Source of the DNA: an uncultured Gemmatimonadaceae bacterium
GTDB lineage: Bacteria > Gemmatimonadota > Gemmatimonadetes > Gemmatimonadales > Gemmatimonadaceae
Direction of reading: 5' to 3'
Length of the DNA: 64,000 nucleotides
Assembly: GCA_963829055.1 (NCBI GenBank)
Contig: CAWHHI010000020.1
Coordinates: forward strand, 480,001 to 544,000
The notes under the pieces are model-generated. The model was not told where the DNA came from and did not search any database. It was given only the letters and a program-made list of their open reading frames with translations. How positions within the stretch are numbered: the first letter of the stretch is position 1; each line of letters begins with the position of its first letter. Below, piece by piece: positions 20,503 through 31,428 of this stretch. The position numbers and the translations under genes are program-made.

Positions 20503-22030
20503 ATGTGCGCGATGGCGCACAGGATGCGCGCCGTGAACTTCGTCGAAGGGCAACAACTGAACTGTGGCGTGCTCGACATTCTCGTCGAGCACATCGCGAA
20601 GACTGTAGCGGATTCTGCTGTATTCATTACGGCAGAGGTGCCCGAAACGGGCGTCCGGATTCTCGCTGAATTCCCCCCGGCGGCGGCGACCGGTGCGCCC
20701 AACGCTCAGGCGCACGAGCGCCGTACGACTGGGGACAGCGAAGGCCTGCGGATGGATGAGCCGGCCGTAGCAGCCCCCGTTCAGTTCGGCGACGCGGTCA
20801 TCGGTTGGGCCGTCATGGTCGGTCCGACGCTCGCGGAGGACAAGAAGGCCGAGGGGCTGATCACACTGCTGGCCAGGTGTGCGAGCGTTCTCCTCGCCCT
20901 TCCGCGACGCGATGAGAGCGTCGAGCGCGCCAAGCGTCGCTGGGAGGATGCCGCGCGCGACGGATACTGGGAGTGGGATCTCGCGAGCGGTGCGATGCGG
21001 TTCTCTCGCCAGAGCTTGTCGCTCCTCGACTACCGGGATCGGGATCGTCCGAACCGGGCGGCGGTGTGGCTCGATCGCGTTCACCCCGATGATCGCCTAA
21101 CGCTGATCGCCTCGCTGCTCACAGCAGCGACCGACGACGACACGCCGGTCGACGTGGAGCATCGGATCGTGCGGAAGGACGGCTCGGTTGGATGGCTTGC
21201 AGTACGGGCGTTCCTCGAGCGTGATGGAAGTGGCCGTCCGATGCGGTTGATCGGGTGGCTATCGGATGTGAGTCGTGCGCGGCACGTCGAGTCGGAACTG
21301 CGGAACGCGCAGTTGTTGGCCGATGTGGGTCGCGTCGCGGCGGGCACCGCGCACGACTTCAACAACTATCTCACAATCATTCGTGGACATGCGGACCTCG
21401 CGATGCGGTCGGTCGACCCGGCGAGCAACGCCCGGGAGAGTCTGGAATTGATCAAGCACGCAGCCACGGGCGCGACGACGTTGACGCAGGCAACTGCTCT
21501 CGTTGCGTCGCAGTCAGGCCCCAGTGCAATCGCTGGTAGACCTGAACGTCGTCGTCGCGGCTGCCGAGCGGACGCTTCGTTCGCTCGCGGGAAGCACGAC
21601 GCGCGTGAACCTGAAGCTTGCATCTGACCTCTCGGCCGTGCGCGTCGAGGCGGGCCACGTGGAGCGTCTGCTCATCAATCTCGTCGTCAACGCTCGCGAC
21701 GCGATGCCAGGCGGCGGCGTGGTGACCATCGAGACGGCGGATGCGTCGTACGACACGTTAGGCCCCGACACGCGACCCCTGTTGCTCCCGGTGGCCGACT
21801 ACGTCCTCCTGACGGTGAGCGACACGGGTACGGGGATGTGCCATGCGACGCGCGCGCGCATCTTCGAGCCGTTCTTCACTACCAAACCTGGCAGGCAGGG
21901 CACCGGGCTGGGGTTGTGGATCGCTCGGGACATAATGCAGCGCTGCGGGGGCGGCATTGACGTCCGCAGCACCCCCGGGAATGGGACGACGTTCACCATG
22001 TACTTTCCTCGTGCGGAGCCGCTTGGCTGA
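20503..22030 (+). CDS. PAS-domain sensor histidine kinase (frameshift near 21500)
   Basis: GYWEWD, WLDRVHPDD, AHDFNNYL (H box), NLVVNARDAM, DTGTGM, FEPFFTTK, GTGLGL. Confidence 0.9.
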
Positions 22031-22048
22031 ACCCGCGCGCCGTGCGTG

Positions 22049-22600
22049 TTATTTCGCGCTGTAGCCCTTGCCCTCGAGGCAGGCTGCCATCGCCTTCTTG
22101 AGCGCTCCGATCTTCGCGTCCTGAGAGGCGGCGGCCTGCTGCTTTCCCGCAGTCTCTGCCTGTGCGCCGGCGTTCTTCTTTGCCCGCCGACCGCCGACCC
22201 CACCCGCGACCGCCCCGATCGCCGCTCCCTTACCGGCGTCGCCAGCGATGGCGCCGATCGCCACACCCGCCACCGCACCTTTCGCGGCGCCTCCAACGGC
22301 TGCCCCGGTGGTAGCCGAATCGGTCTTGGCCTTCGCTGCCTTCCCTGCTGAGTCTGCGTTCGGTGGCGGCGTGTTGAGGTCGTGGCCCGTCTGCTGCTGC
22401 GCCCAGTCGTAGCACGCCTTTTCGTCGGCGGCTTGCACCTCGGCCGTCTGCCCCTTCGCGGGATAGACCAACAGCCCCACCTGCTTTGCTGGAGAGGCGG
22501 CGGCTGGCTGCCCTGTTTGGCCCTGCGCGGCGAGTATTGGCGCAACCAGCGCCGTGCAGACGGCAGTCGCGACTAGACGAGCTGCGCTGGAGAATGACAT
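22049..22600 (-). CDS. Secreted glycine-zipper protein
   Basis: Signal peptide; VYPAKGQ...CYDWAQQQTG; GAAKGAVAGVAIGAIAGDAGKGAAIG; CLEGKGYSAK. Confidence 0.8.
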   Translation of the reverse strand: MSFSSAARLVATAVCTALVAPILAAQGQTGQPAAASPAKQVGLLVYPAKGQTAEVQAADEKACYDWAQQQTGHDLNTPPPNADSAGKAAKAKTDSATTGAAVGGAAKGAVAGVAIGAIAGDAGKGAAIGAVAGGVGGRRAKKNAGAQAETAGKQQAAASQDAKIGALKKAMAACLEGKGYSAK

Positions 22601-22933
22601 GTGATGCCTCCGTGGTGGCTACCTGCCGCCGATTGGCGTCGCGGCCGGAATGCCGTGCTGGCTGCATCGCCGGCGTATCGACTTAGTGCGGCGAGAGTAC
22701 GGCCATGGTACGGAGAGCGCCTCGCGGCGGGCGATAGCACCTTAGGGATACGCGAACCAACGGCTCGGCTATACGAAACCGCTGCCGGATTTGCGGACTC
22801 CGCGAAATCGTTCCCACGCCCCGCTTCCGTCGCACCGCGACGACTTGGAGGTTTTCGCCAGGGTCGATCGACGATCAGGCCTGTATCAGGGCTCGCCAGC
22901 GGATGGTGGCGAGCGTTGTATTCTGAATTGTTA

Positions 22934-22945
22934 CCAAAGGCCAAT
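22934..22945 (+). promoter_or_regulatory. Shared cluster operator CCAAAGGCCAAT
   Basis: TAGACT follows after 21 bp; 73 bp before the FixJ-like ATG. Confidence 0.65.
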
Positions 22946-23017
22946 GTTTCCGCGACCGAGTGGTCGTAGACTGTCTCCCACCGCCGACCCCTCGGCGGAG
23001 CGCTGCACGCGTCTCCC

Positions 23018-23740
23018 ATGGAGCAGGATCGGATGACTCTCATGCAAACGCAGAGTGAAGGCGAGGACGGGTTCGCCTACTGCGCTGACGATTTCACCAG
23101 GTCTGTCAGGTCGGAGGCGACGCGGCGGCCGACCGTCTACGTAGTGGACGACGACGATTCGATGTTGACGGGACTCGCCAGTCTGCTCGGCGCGGCCGGG
23201 TATCGCGTCGAGGCCTTCAACTCGGCTCTCGACTTCCTGGCCGTTCCGAGGAGAAGGCCGGCGTGCCTGGTGCTCGACCAGTTGATGCCGGAGCTCACCG
23301 GCGCCGACGTCTACCGACACCTTCTGCTCGACCCCGATCCCCTCCCCGTCGTCTTTCTCTCCGGCAGCGGCGACGTCGCCGCGGCGGTCGATGTCATGAA
23401 GGCCGGCGCCATCGACTTTCTGCGCAAGCCGGTCGATGGCGAGGAGCTGTTGGCCGCGGTCGGGCGCGCAGTCGCACGCGACCGCGCCGCAGAGGCTGAC
23501 CGCCTCGAAAGGGATCGGCTCCAGGGACGCCTCGCCCGGCTCACTGTTCGGGAGCAGGAAGTTCTTCACGAAGTCGTGCAGGGACGACTCAACAAGCAGG
23601 TGGGCGCGCGCCTGGGGATCACGGAGCGCACGGTGAAGCGCCACCGCGGAATGGTCATGCACAAGCTCGGCGTGGACTCCGTTGCGGAACTGGTGCGATT
23701 CGCCGACCGCATCGTCGAAGGCGAAGGCGCTCGCGCGTAG
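23018..23740 (+). CDS. FixJ/LuxR-family DNA-binding response regulator
   Basis: VYVVDDD, CLVLDQLMPELTG, MKAGAIDFLRKP, LTVREQEVL...LNKQVGARLGITERTVKRHRG. Confidence 0.92.
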   Translation: MEQDRMTLMQTQSEGEDGFAYCADDFTRSVRSEATRRPTVYVVDDDDSMLTGLASLLGAAGYRVEAFNSALDFLAVPRRRPACLVLDQLMPELTGADVYRHLLLDPDPLPVVFLSGSGDVAAAVDVMKAGAIDFLRKPVDGEELLAAVGRAVARDRAAEADRLERDRLQGRLARLTVREQEVLHEVVQGRLNKQVGARLGITERTVKRHRGMVMHKLGVDSVAELVRFADRIVEGEGARA

Positions 23741-23885
23741 ACCTAACGCGGCCGGCGTGCATCGCCTGTCCCGAAGGTCCCCTCGCGGCGGAATCACGGC
23801 GGGCATACAGTGAGCAATCGTGTGGCCCGGCGAGTCATCGTCCGGGTGGCGTGCTGGCCCGCGAGTACCGCCATCCCGTTCAGCG

Positions 23886-24306
23886 ATGCCATACAGCGCG
23901 CCACCGATCACGCTCGCCATCATCGAAGATGACGCGTCGATGCTGTTCGCCCTGGAGTCGCTGCTGTCCGCATCCGGCTTCCGCGTGGTCTCCTTCACGT
24001 CGGCGGAGAACTTCCTGGAGAGCCTTCCCGGACTGGCGGTCGATGGCGTGGTCAGTGACGTCTATCTCAGCGGCATGACAGCCGTCGCGCTGCTACACGT
24101 TGCTCGCCGAGCGGCACCACGTTCTGCCGATGGTCTTCATCACCGGGCACGACGACCCCGCTACGCGCGCTCTGCTCCGCGATGCGGGCGCGACATCATT
24201 CCTGCACAAGCCATTCGACGAGGCCGTGCTGCTTCGCGAGGTGGGGCGCGTGATCTCGCATGCTCCGTCTCTGCCGCCCCCCACCGGTCGAACCAGCAGG
24301 GCGTAA
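23886..24306 (+). CDS. Single-domain response regulator (frameshift near 24100)
   Basis: AIIEDD, VSDVYLSGM, then MVFITGHDD and FLHKPF in the next frame. Confidence 0.8.
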
Positions 24307-24319
24307 CCGAGCCGCGCGC

Positions 24320-26919
24320 TCAGAAGCGAACTGGCGACCTGGGAGCGGGCAGAAGCGAGGGCTCCCCGGACGGTATACGCCTGTCGTCGTGGCGTTCCTG
24401 CGGGGAAGCGGCAGATTCCTTGGCGATCACGAATGCGACTCGCGCTCCGCCACCCGGCAGGTTCTCCGCCCAGATCCGGCCGCCGTGTGATTCCACGATC
24501 ATCCGGCAGATCGACAGGCCCATCCCGATGCCATCGGGCTTCGAGGTAACGAATGGCTCGAAGACCGACTCGAGCTGATCGGACGCGATCCCGCCGCCGG
24601 TGTCGGCGACTCCCACGATCACGCCGCCGCCTGGCTCAGCCTCGACCGACACGCGCACCTGTCGCTCCGGCGCATTCGTCGCCACGATGCTGTCGAATGC
24701 GTTGAGCACGAGGTTCACGACCACCTGCTCGATCTGGACGCGGTCACCCCACACCGATGGAACCTCTGCGCTCGCTGAATGGATCAGCTTGATGCGGCGA
24801 CGTACCGCATCGCCACTCAACAGCGCGGCGATACCGGCAACGAGATCGTCGAGGCGGAATTCGGCGAGATCGGTCGGCTGCTTGCGAAGGAGTCGCCGCA
24901 AGCGGTCGATGATGGTGTTTGCACGCCGCACGTCATTGGCGACCATCTCGAGCATCCGCGTGACCTCGTGCATTTCGGGGGCGCTTCCGGCTCCGGCCGC
25001 GCCGCCCGCGAGCCACCGCTGAGCGGCCTGCACGGACAGGAGGATGGCGCCCAGCGGCTGGTTGATCTCGTGGGCGAGCGACGCTGACAGCTCGCCGACG
25101 ATACCGACGCGAGCCATGTGGGACAGCTCTTCACGGCGCTGCGTCACCTCGAGCTCGGTACGACGCCTGATGATGGAGTTCGTGAGCACGAGGCAGAGGA
25201 GGTGGAGTCCGTCGACGATCCAGGCATCCCACGAGCGCTCGTGGCGCACGACGGCAACCACGAGGACGCCGACGCAGCGGCCGCCGGCCATCATCGGGAG
25301 GCCCACCACCGACTTCACCCCGCGCTCAACGTAGCCAGCTCGGTCGCCAACCAGGTCGTCGGGCATTGACGACATCGAAGAGATCTCGACTGGCTCGCCG
25401 CGCCGCAGCCTGGCCCACGTGGCGGGAAGCCCGGCAGGGCCCAGAGCTTGTGCGGGGCCGACACCGGGTGCGGCCCAGCGATGGAGGATGCGGAGCGAAT
25501 CCGTCGACTCGTCCAGCATGGCCAGCATTGCCCGGTCGACCCCGACGAACTCCGCGGCTTGAGCGAGAATTTCCTCCGCGACGTCGTCGAGCTGCGCCCC
25601 GGTCGCGGCGACCAGCTTGGCGGAGAGTCGCAGCAGCAGCAGCTCCAACTGCCGCTGAGTCTCGCCCGCTTGCTCGGCTACGCGGCGCCGGCGGAACTGG
25701 CGCAGGAGCGCGACAATGAGCGTCGTCTGCACCGCGATCACGGCGAGTATGATGAGCAGTGGCCGTCGATACTGCACCCACGGGGACGCGACCTTGTCGA
25801 TGACACGGCTCCCTGGTGGCAGACGCGCAGGATCGAGACCGAAACGTTGCATCGTCGGCCAGTCGAACTGGTAGGACGCGGTGCCTCGCAGGTCGATGGG
25901 AGTCGCCGACGGCGGAACGCCAGCGAGCACCGCCTGAGCCATGGTGGCGGCACGCTGCCCCCAGCACGGCGAAGTCGAGTACCGCGCCACCGACGATCCC
26001 GCGCCCCAGGTGCGTGGCCGACACGCCGTATATGGGTACGCTCGTGGCCCGGACGAGCTGTTCGAGTGCCAGCACCGTCACGAAGCGAGTGCCGTCCGCA
26101 TCAGTATCCATCGACGCGAAGAGCACGACAGAGCCGCTACGAAGTGATGCGGCACGACGCAGCACGCTGGGGAAGTTCAAAGGGCTTGTGTACTCGATTT
26201 GAAGCCGACCTTCGTAGCTTCGCAGCTGTTCACGCACCAATTGCTCGATGCCGTGTTCGAAGTCACTGGTGCCAATGACCACGAGAACGTGTTTCGTCTG
26301 AGGCTCCAGTTTGACCACAGCATCCAGCGTAGCTGCCGCATCGACGCGGATGGCAACACCCGTCACGCGGCCGGATCTGAATGCCGCCAGCGAGCTCCGC
26401 CTCGTTGGAGGAGAGCAAGATGACGGGTACGTCGCCGACGAGCTCGCCGGCGGAGAGCTTCTGGACCACGCTGTGGGGAAGTCCGGCGCCGATCACGAGG
26501 TCGGGGCGCTGGACAGCGTACTTTTTCCGGATGTATTGGTAGGTCAACTGGCTCGCGGAGTTACCCTCGGCACCTGTGAGGCCCAGGTGTTCCTCGAACA
26601 GCTCGACGCGGCGGCTGCTGTCCGCCCCCAGTCGCTGGCGAATGACTTGGTCGAGGAGCGCGACAGCGGGCTGCTGGGTCGCCTCCTCGAAGAGGAGCAG
26701 GACGCGGCGGTTCGTTCGTGTCGCTTTCGCGTCCGCCGAGGTCGTCGGGTTACGCGAGGGTGCGTTTTTCGCCGCGGCCGGTGTCTGTGACAAGGCTGCC
26801 GGCGGCATTCCCATCGCCAGCAGTGCGACCAGTGCGATCACAGAGAGCATGAGGGGAACGCTCGAACCGAGGCCCGTCCCGATTGGACGCGCCTCTGGCT
26901 CGCTGATCCAGAGCCTCAC
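24320..26919 (-). CDS. Membrane sensor histidine kinase with ABC substrate-binding-like periplasmic domain and GAF (two frameshifts)
   Basis: Three ORF pieces; signal peptide, PDLVI, TM segment, GAF, ELSASLAHEINQPL, QVVVNLVLNA, FEPFVTSKPDGIGMGL. Confidence 0.85.
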
Positions 26920-27046
26920 GTTATGCGAGGAGGTGCGGCCGAACGAACGACCGGTTAGTGGTCGTCGTCATTGAATGCTCCTCGGGAATGGACACGTCGC
27001 GACCGAACACACGAGACCATCCTCGCCTGCCCAGTCGCAACCCGCC

Positions 27047-27059
27047 ATTGGACCTTCGG
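27047..27059 (-). promoter_or_regulatory. Shared cluster operator CCGAAGGTCCAAT
   Basis: GAGGAT follows after 22 bp; upstream of the sensor kinase gene. Confidence 0.7.
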
Positions 27060-27096
27060 CACGGGGGTCCCCCGTGCTCGTTACTTCGAGTTCGAC

Positions 27097-27855
27097 CTAC
27101 TTCGCGGAATAGCCCTTCCCGTCCAGACAGGTGGTGAAGCCGTCAGCGAACTTCTTCTTGCTCTGATCGGCTGCCGCCGCCGCTTGCGCCTGCGCGTCGT
27201 TCGCGGCGGCCTGATTGTTCGCCTTCTGGTTTCGGCGGCCGGCCACTCCACCCGCGGCGGCGCCGATCGCGGCCCCCTTGCCAGCGTCGCCGGCGATCGC
27301 ACCGATCGCCACGCCAGCCACGGCCCCTTTCGCCGCGCCCTTGGCTGCCCCGCCCTGCGCAGGGGGCGGCGCGGTTGCTGCACCCACCGGTGCGTACGGG
27401 TCGATTCCCGTGTTCGTCTTCGCCCACACGAAGCACTCGTTCTCGTCGAAGTGCTGCTGCTCGATCGGCTGTCCGTTCTTCGGGTACACGACGACGCCAA
27501 TCGCCGACCCGGACGCCTTGGGATCGAACGGAGGATAGGTCTTCGGGGGCGGCGGCGGGGGCGCACTCGCCGGTTCCGCGGCGGCGGGCTTGGCCGCTGC
27601 CGGCTTCGCAGCTGCTGCCTTCGTAGCTGCCGGCTGCGCTGCCTCGGGGCTTGCGACGGTCCCGGCGGAGACCATGGTCGCCGTGTCGCCTGCCGGCACC
27701 GTGGTCGCCGCTGGTGCGGCCGTGTCAGTGAGCGTGGCGCCGGCGGACGCGTCCGATCTCCCCTTGCACGCGGACAGCGATAGAGCCGTAAGCGCGAACG
27801 TGCACGTTACGACGACGATGTGCGCCGCACGGGGCGCGAATGGTCGGGTGCTCAT
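27097..27855 (-). CDS. Glycine-zipper lipoprotein; paralog of 22049-22600
   Basis: Lipobox LSAC; Ala/Pro-rich linker; same zipper sequence; CLDGKGYSAK. Confidence 0.8.
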   Translation of the reverse strand: MSTRPFAPRAAHIVVVTCTFALTALSLSACKGRSDASAGATLTDTAAPAATTVPAGDTATMVSAGTVASPEAAQPAATKAAAAKPAAAKPAAAEPASAPPPPPPKTYPPFDPKASGSAIGVVVYPKNGQPIEQQHFDENECFVWAKTNTGIDPYAPVGAATAPPPAQGGAAKGAAKGAVAGVAIGAIAGDAGKGAAIGAAAGGVAGRRNQKANNQAAANDAQAQAAAAADQSKKKFADGFTTCLDGKGYSAK

Positions 27856-27931
27856 GTTCCCCTTCCCTGGTGACGGAACGCCGGCCGAGGGCCAGCCATC
27901 ATCAGCCTAGGAGGGCGCACGCGCGAGGGAC

Positions 27932-27943
27932 ATTGGCCGTTGG
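27932..27943 (-). promoter_or_regulatory. Shared cluster operator variant CCAACGGCCAAT
   Basis: TAGGCT follows after 22 bp; 77 bp before the glycine-zipper ATG. Confidence 0.6.
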
Positions 27944-28383
27944 TGACACACCGGCCGGCAATGTCCGCCGCAGCATCGGTTCAGTCCGACGCTGCGCCAG
28001 CGCCAACTCCGGTCGGCTCAGTACGTGAGATGGCGCGCGAACCCGAAGGCGCGCAGACATCGACGACGCGGGAGCTGGGGAACGATCAGATACTCGCGAT
28101 GCGTTCCGCTTCGTCGAGCGGTCGAGCGACGGCGTACGCCAGGCGCGGCATTCGACGTTAGGCAGGCCTCTGGGCCGCCGTGTCACGCCGCCTCGCGGTG
28201 TCGCGGGGCGTTAGGCATGGAATTCTGCCTGGAATCCCACGCAATCGCCGCGATCATCGCTGCGAGGCCGTATGTTGCACTCCGGCGCGAACGGTGTACA
28301 ATTGCGTCGGTCCAGATGGTGCTGAGCTCGGTACGCACCGCGACCGTCCATTGTCGGCCGGAGAGCGATACCCCTGTGACAGT

Positions 28384-28764
28384 ATGACCGACATTGAGCC
28401 GCTGAATCTCGTCGTCGTCGACGACGACCAAGACGTGCGTACGGCACTTGGGCGGCTCCTTCGCTCGATGGGCCACGAGGTCCACGCCTTCGCGTCGGCG
28501 GAGGACTATGAAGCTCGTCCCGCCGCGGCGGACTGCCTCATCGTCGATCTCCGCTTGCCAGGAATCAACGGCTTCGAGCTGCTGGAACGCCTTCGGCTGC
28601 GCGGCTCCTCGATTCCGGTCGTGTTCATCACGGGTGACGGAGGGCCCTCACCCAGCGACGCGATGGAGCACTCCGGCACGCCGACCCTCGCCAAGCCGTT
28701 CGATGACGCTGAGCTCATCGCGGCGATCACGGGCGCCGTGTCCGCTCGCGCGAGCGTACAATGA
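28384..28764 (+). CDS. Single-domain response regulator
   Basis: VVVDDD, CLIVDLRLPGING, VVFITG, LAKPF. Confidence 0.9.
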   Translation: MTDIEPLNLVVVDDDQDVRTALGRLLRSMGHEVHAFASAEDYEARPAAADCLIVDLRLPGINGFELLERLRLRGSSIPVVFITGDGGPSPSDAMEHSGTPTLAKPFDDAELIAAITGAVSARASVQ

Positions 28765-28810
28765 GTCGCGCCGACCATTCACGAGGACACCATTGAGCAC
28801 GAATCGGCGA

Positions 28811-31400
28811 ATGCCTCCGGCGACCAATCGACAGCTCGCCGTCCGCCTGGCGGTAAGCCGCGCGCTCGGTAGAACGCGAGATCTCGACGACGTCTACAGT
28901 GCCGCGCTGGATACGCTCGCCGAGTGTCTGGACGTGTCGCGGGCGTCCGTCCTGCTGTTCGATGCTGAAGGCGTCATGCAGTTCAAGGCCGACCGCGGCT
29001 TGTCGAGTGACTATCGGGCCGCTGTGCAGGGGCATTCTCCCTGGACGCCCGATTCAGTGGACCCGAAGCCACTGCTCGTCCCGGATGTCACGCGCGAACC
29101 GTCGCTCCAGGGCTATCTGCCGGTCTTCGCGAACGAACGGATCGCTGCGCTGGCCTTCATCCCCCTGGTCAGTCTCGGTCGCGTGATCGGCAAGTTCATG
29201 CTCTACTACGACACGCCGCACGTGTTCGATGACGAAGAGATCCAGCTTGCAGCCGTCATCGCCGCCGCGGTGACGTTCGCGGTGGAGCGTGGCAGGGCGG
29301 AGTACGACGTGGCTCGCCAGAACGAAGCGTCGCCGGGATTCGAGCTGAGCGCAGGCGCCATCGGCCCATGGGAATGGGAGGAGTCCTCCGGGGTCGACCA
29401 CAACGAACGCAGCCGACGGCCTTCCGTCCGGAACGTTGCGCCAGGTGAGGCAGTGCAACGTCGAGAGCAGTCGCGACTGCCTGAAGATCCTCGATCTCGA
29501 CGGCCGCCTGATCTACATCAACGCCTGCAGGACTCGAGCGACTGGGTGTCGAAGACCCGCGCGATCTGCTGCACCGACCACTGGTCGACCTGTGGCCGGA
29601 GAAGGAGCGCGAAGCGCTCGGGGACGCCATCGCGCGAGCCAAGACCGGCGCGATCGGCAGGTTTCAGGGATCCTGCAGAACGCCCGCCGGCATCCTGAAA
29701 TGGTGGGACATGGAAATAATGCCGATCGCGGACACCAGTGGCGCCGTCGTGCAGCTCCTGGCCGTTTCGCGCGACGTGTCCGCACCGTGGCAGGCAGAAG
29801 CGTTCCAGGCCGGTCAGCATCAGGTGCTCGAGATGATCGCGACCGGCGCGCCGCTCACTCAGGTCCTGACCCTCCTCGTGCACCTCGTCGAGGATCAGTG
29901 CGACGGGACGGTGTGTTCGGTCCTGCTGCTCGACACGGACGGTGTTCATGTACGGTTGGGAGCCGCGCCGAGTCTTCCCGATGAATACGTCAGACGCATC
30001 GACGGCCAGCCAATGGGGCCGCGCGTCGGCTCGCGCGGTACCGTGATGCAGTTTGGACGACCAGTCATCGCCACCGACGTCGTCTGTGACTGCGATCCGC
30101 AATGGGACGTCCTGCGCGACGCGGCAACGACCAGTGGGCTGCGCGCCTGCTGGTCGACGCCCATCCTGTCCACACACAAGAAGGTGCTCGGCTCGTTCGC
30201 CATGCACTGCCGCACGCCGCGCGGGCCGAGCCGCGAGGAGCTCCGGCTCAGCGAGACCGCCGCGGACCTCGCCGGAGCCGCGATCGATTATCACCGATCC
30301 CAGGAGGCGCTGCGCCACAGCGAGGAACGAAACCGCGCCATTCTCCGCGCCATTCCAGACTGGATGTTCGTCATCAGCAGCGACGGCGTGTTCCTCGACT
30401 ATCACGTCGAAAAGAACCCCGAAGGTCTCCTCGCGCCGCCCGAGGTTTTTCTCGGCAAATCGATGCACGAGGTCCTGCCATCGTGGCTCGCCGAGGCCCA
30501 TCAGCGCGCGTTCGAGCGAGCGCTTGCCACCAACGAGCCCGAGACGACTCGAGTACAGTCTGGAGTCGGGGCACGAGCGGCGGTTCTACGAAGCGTGCAT
30601 CGTTCGTTGCGACAGCGACAAGATTGCTCAGCATCGTGCGGGACATCACCGACCGCAAGCGCGCCGAGCTGGATGCGGCCGCGCACCGCCAGGAGCTGGC
30701 GCATCTGAATCGGGTGCTGATCCTGGCTGAGCAGTCGGGTGCACTCGCGCACGAGCTGAGTCAGCCGCTGGCCGCAATCCTCACCAACGCGCAGGCTGCG
30801 CGTCGTCTCCTGGATCAAAACCCGCTGGACCTGGACGAGCTGCGTGCGGCGCTGGACGACGTGATCAAGAACGACAGGAGGGCGGGCGCGGTCATCCACC
30901 GCCTGCGCGAGCTCCTGAAGAAGCGGAACACTGTCCTCCAGCCCCTCGACCTGAACGACGTGACTCGGGAGGTGCTCGACCTCACGCATAGCGACCTTCT
31001 GTTGCGGCGAATGCCAATCACCACGGCGCTGACACCAGGAATTCCCGCGGTGCTCGGCGACCGCGTTCAACTGCAACAGGTCATCCTCAATCTTGTGCTC
31101 AACGCGTGCGATGCCATGAGCGCGGTCGACCCGGCCGAGCGTGAGCTCGCCCTGACCACCATTGCCGACGGCGAGTGCGTGCAGATCGCCATTGCCGATC
31201 GCGGCGTCGGTATTCCCGATGGCCAGCTCGACTCTGTGTTTGATCCGTTCGTCACGTATCGGTCGCAGGGACTCGGCCTTGGCCTCGCGATCAGTCGGTC
31301 GATCGTTCTCGCCCACGGGGGACGAATCCGGGCCGAGAACAATGCCGACCGCGGCGCAACGTTCCGCTGCTTCCTTCCCGTTGCCAACGGCCAGGTCTGA
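28811..31400 (+). CDS. Cytoplasmic GAF/PAS sensor histidine kinase (several frameshifts)
   Basis: GAF (VIGKFMLYYD), PAS, GAF (ACWSTPI), PAS, AHELSQPL, QQVILNLVLNA, GLGLGL. Confidence 0.85.
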
Positions 31401-31428
31401 AGGGCAATCGCCGCGACGGCGGCAGCGA

